Source: Nitrospirota bacterium
GTDB taxonomy: Bacteria; Nitrospirota; UBA9217
Assembly (NCBI GenBank): GCA_963663225.1
Contig: OY760142.1
Coordinates: 1,504,001-1,568,000, forward strand
Reading direction: 5' to 3'
DNA length: 64,000 bases
In this document: piece after piece, positions 63,540 to 64,000 of the stretch
How the letters are laid out: every line of letters starts with the position of its first letter
Numbering within the stretch: the stretch's first letter is position 1
Program-made: the position numbers and the translations under genes
Notes under the pieces: generated by a model
The model's input: the letters and a program-made list of their open reading frames with translations, nothing else
Told to the model about the DNA's origin: nothing
Database searches by the model: none

Positions 63540-64000
63540 ATGAAAGAAGTTCGGAAAAAATCGTTTGATGCGGCCACCAATGAGATGCTTATCAAGGCCC
63601 ATCGCTCAAAGACGGAAGTGATCTGGGACCGTGCTGACGCAATGCAGCCCCAGTGTGGTTTTGGACGCATGAACATCTGCTGCAGCGACTGTTCTGAAGG
63701 TCCCTGCCGGGTGAACCCGTTTGCCGACGTTCCGCAGCAGACGATATGCGGACGGACGCAGGCAGATCTGGTTTCCGGAAGTTTTCTGAAGCAGGCTGCG
63801 GACGGAGCGGTTGCTTTTGCCGGCCTGGGACTTGAGTTTAATGCAAAGCTGGACGCTCGTGCGCTGCAGACGGTATGCACGACCAGGGACAGTATGCTCG
63901 CTCCCGCGGATTATTCCTTCCGGGTATCGGAAATCGGCCAGACGGTTGCAAAGACATTGCAGGCGATCCGTGAGGTCAAGGAACAGGTATATGGAAAAAC
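63540..64000 (+). CDS. CooS (Ni-CODH)-like protein, N-terminal part, divergent
   Basis: Manual translation: WDRADAMQPQCGFGRMNICCSDCSEGPCRV...ICG (D/B-cluster Cys pattern); runs off window. Confidence 0.8.
   Translation, partial: MKEVRKKSFDAATNEMLIKAHRSKTEVIWDRADAMQPQCGFGRMNICCSDCSEGPCRVNPFADVPQQTICGRTQADLVSGSFLKQAADGAVAFAGLGLEFNAKLDARALQTVCTTRDSMLAPADYSFRVSEIGQTVAKTLQAIREVKEQVYGK

Overview
Gene-dense bacterial chromosomal window of moderate GC from an anaerobe or microaerophile; gene style suggests Nitrospirota or Desulfobacterota (inference only). Housekeeping blocks: pntAAB, lutC/lutB-type lactate oxidation, tlyA-dxs-ispA-xseB, mreBCD-mrdA-rodA-radical SAM-rng, panC, leuA, cysM, pyrB and radA. 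Accessory content includes four REC-PilZ paralogs, sigma-54 regulators, an AT-rich stretch with an SPFH protein, TctCBA, an aldehyde:ferredoxin oxidoreductase and a CooF/CooS-like operon at the right edge. Top finding: the ORFs at 45827-46012 and 46019-47083 form one reading frame broken by a single TGA that is followed by a SECIS-like hairpin. This predicts an exported 11-heme selenocysteine cytochrome c encoded just upstream of an exported rhodanese. Also found: an unannotated Leu-rich leader peptide attenuator before leuA, a sigma-54 promoter on an RpoS-like sigma gene, Asp-less receiver-PilZ proteins, a divergent CooS-like gene, and an exact 171-bp in-frame tandem duplication. No rRNA, tRNA, CRISPR array or transposase was recognised.
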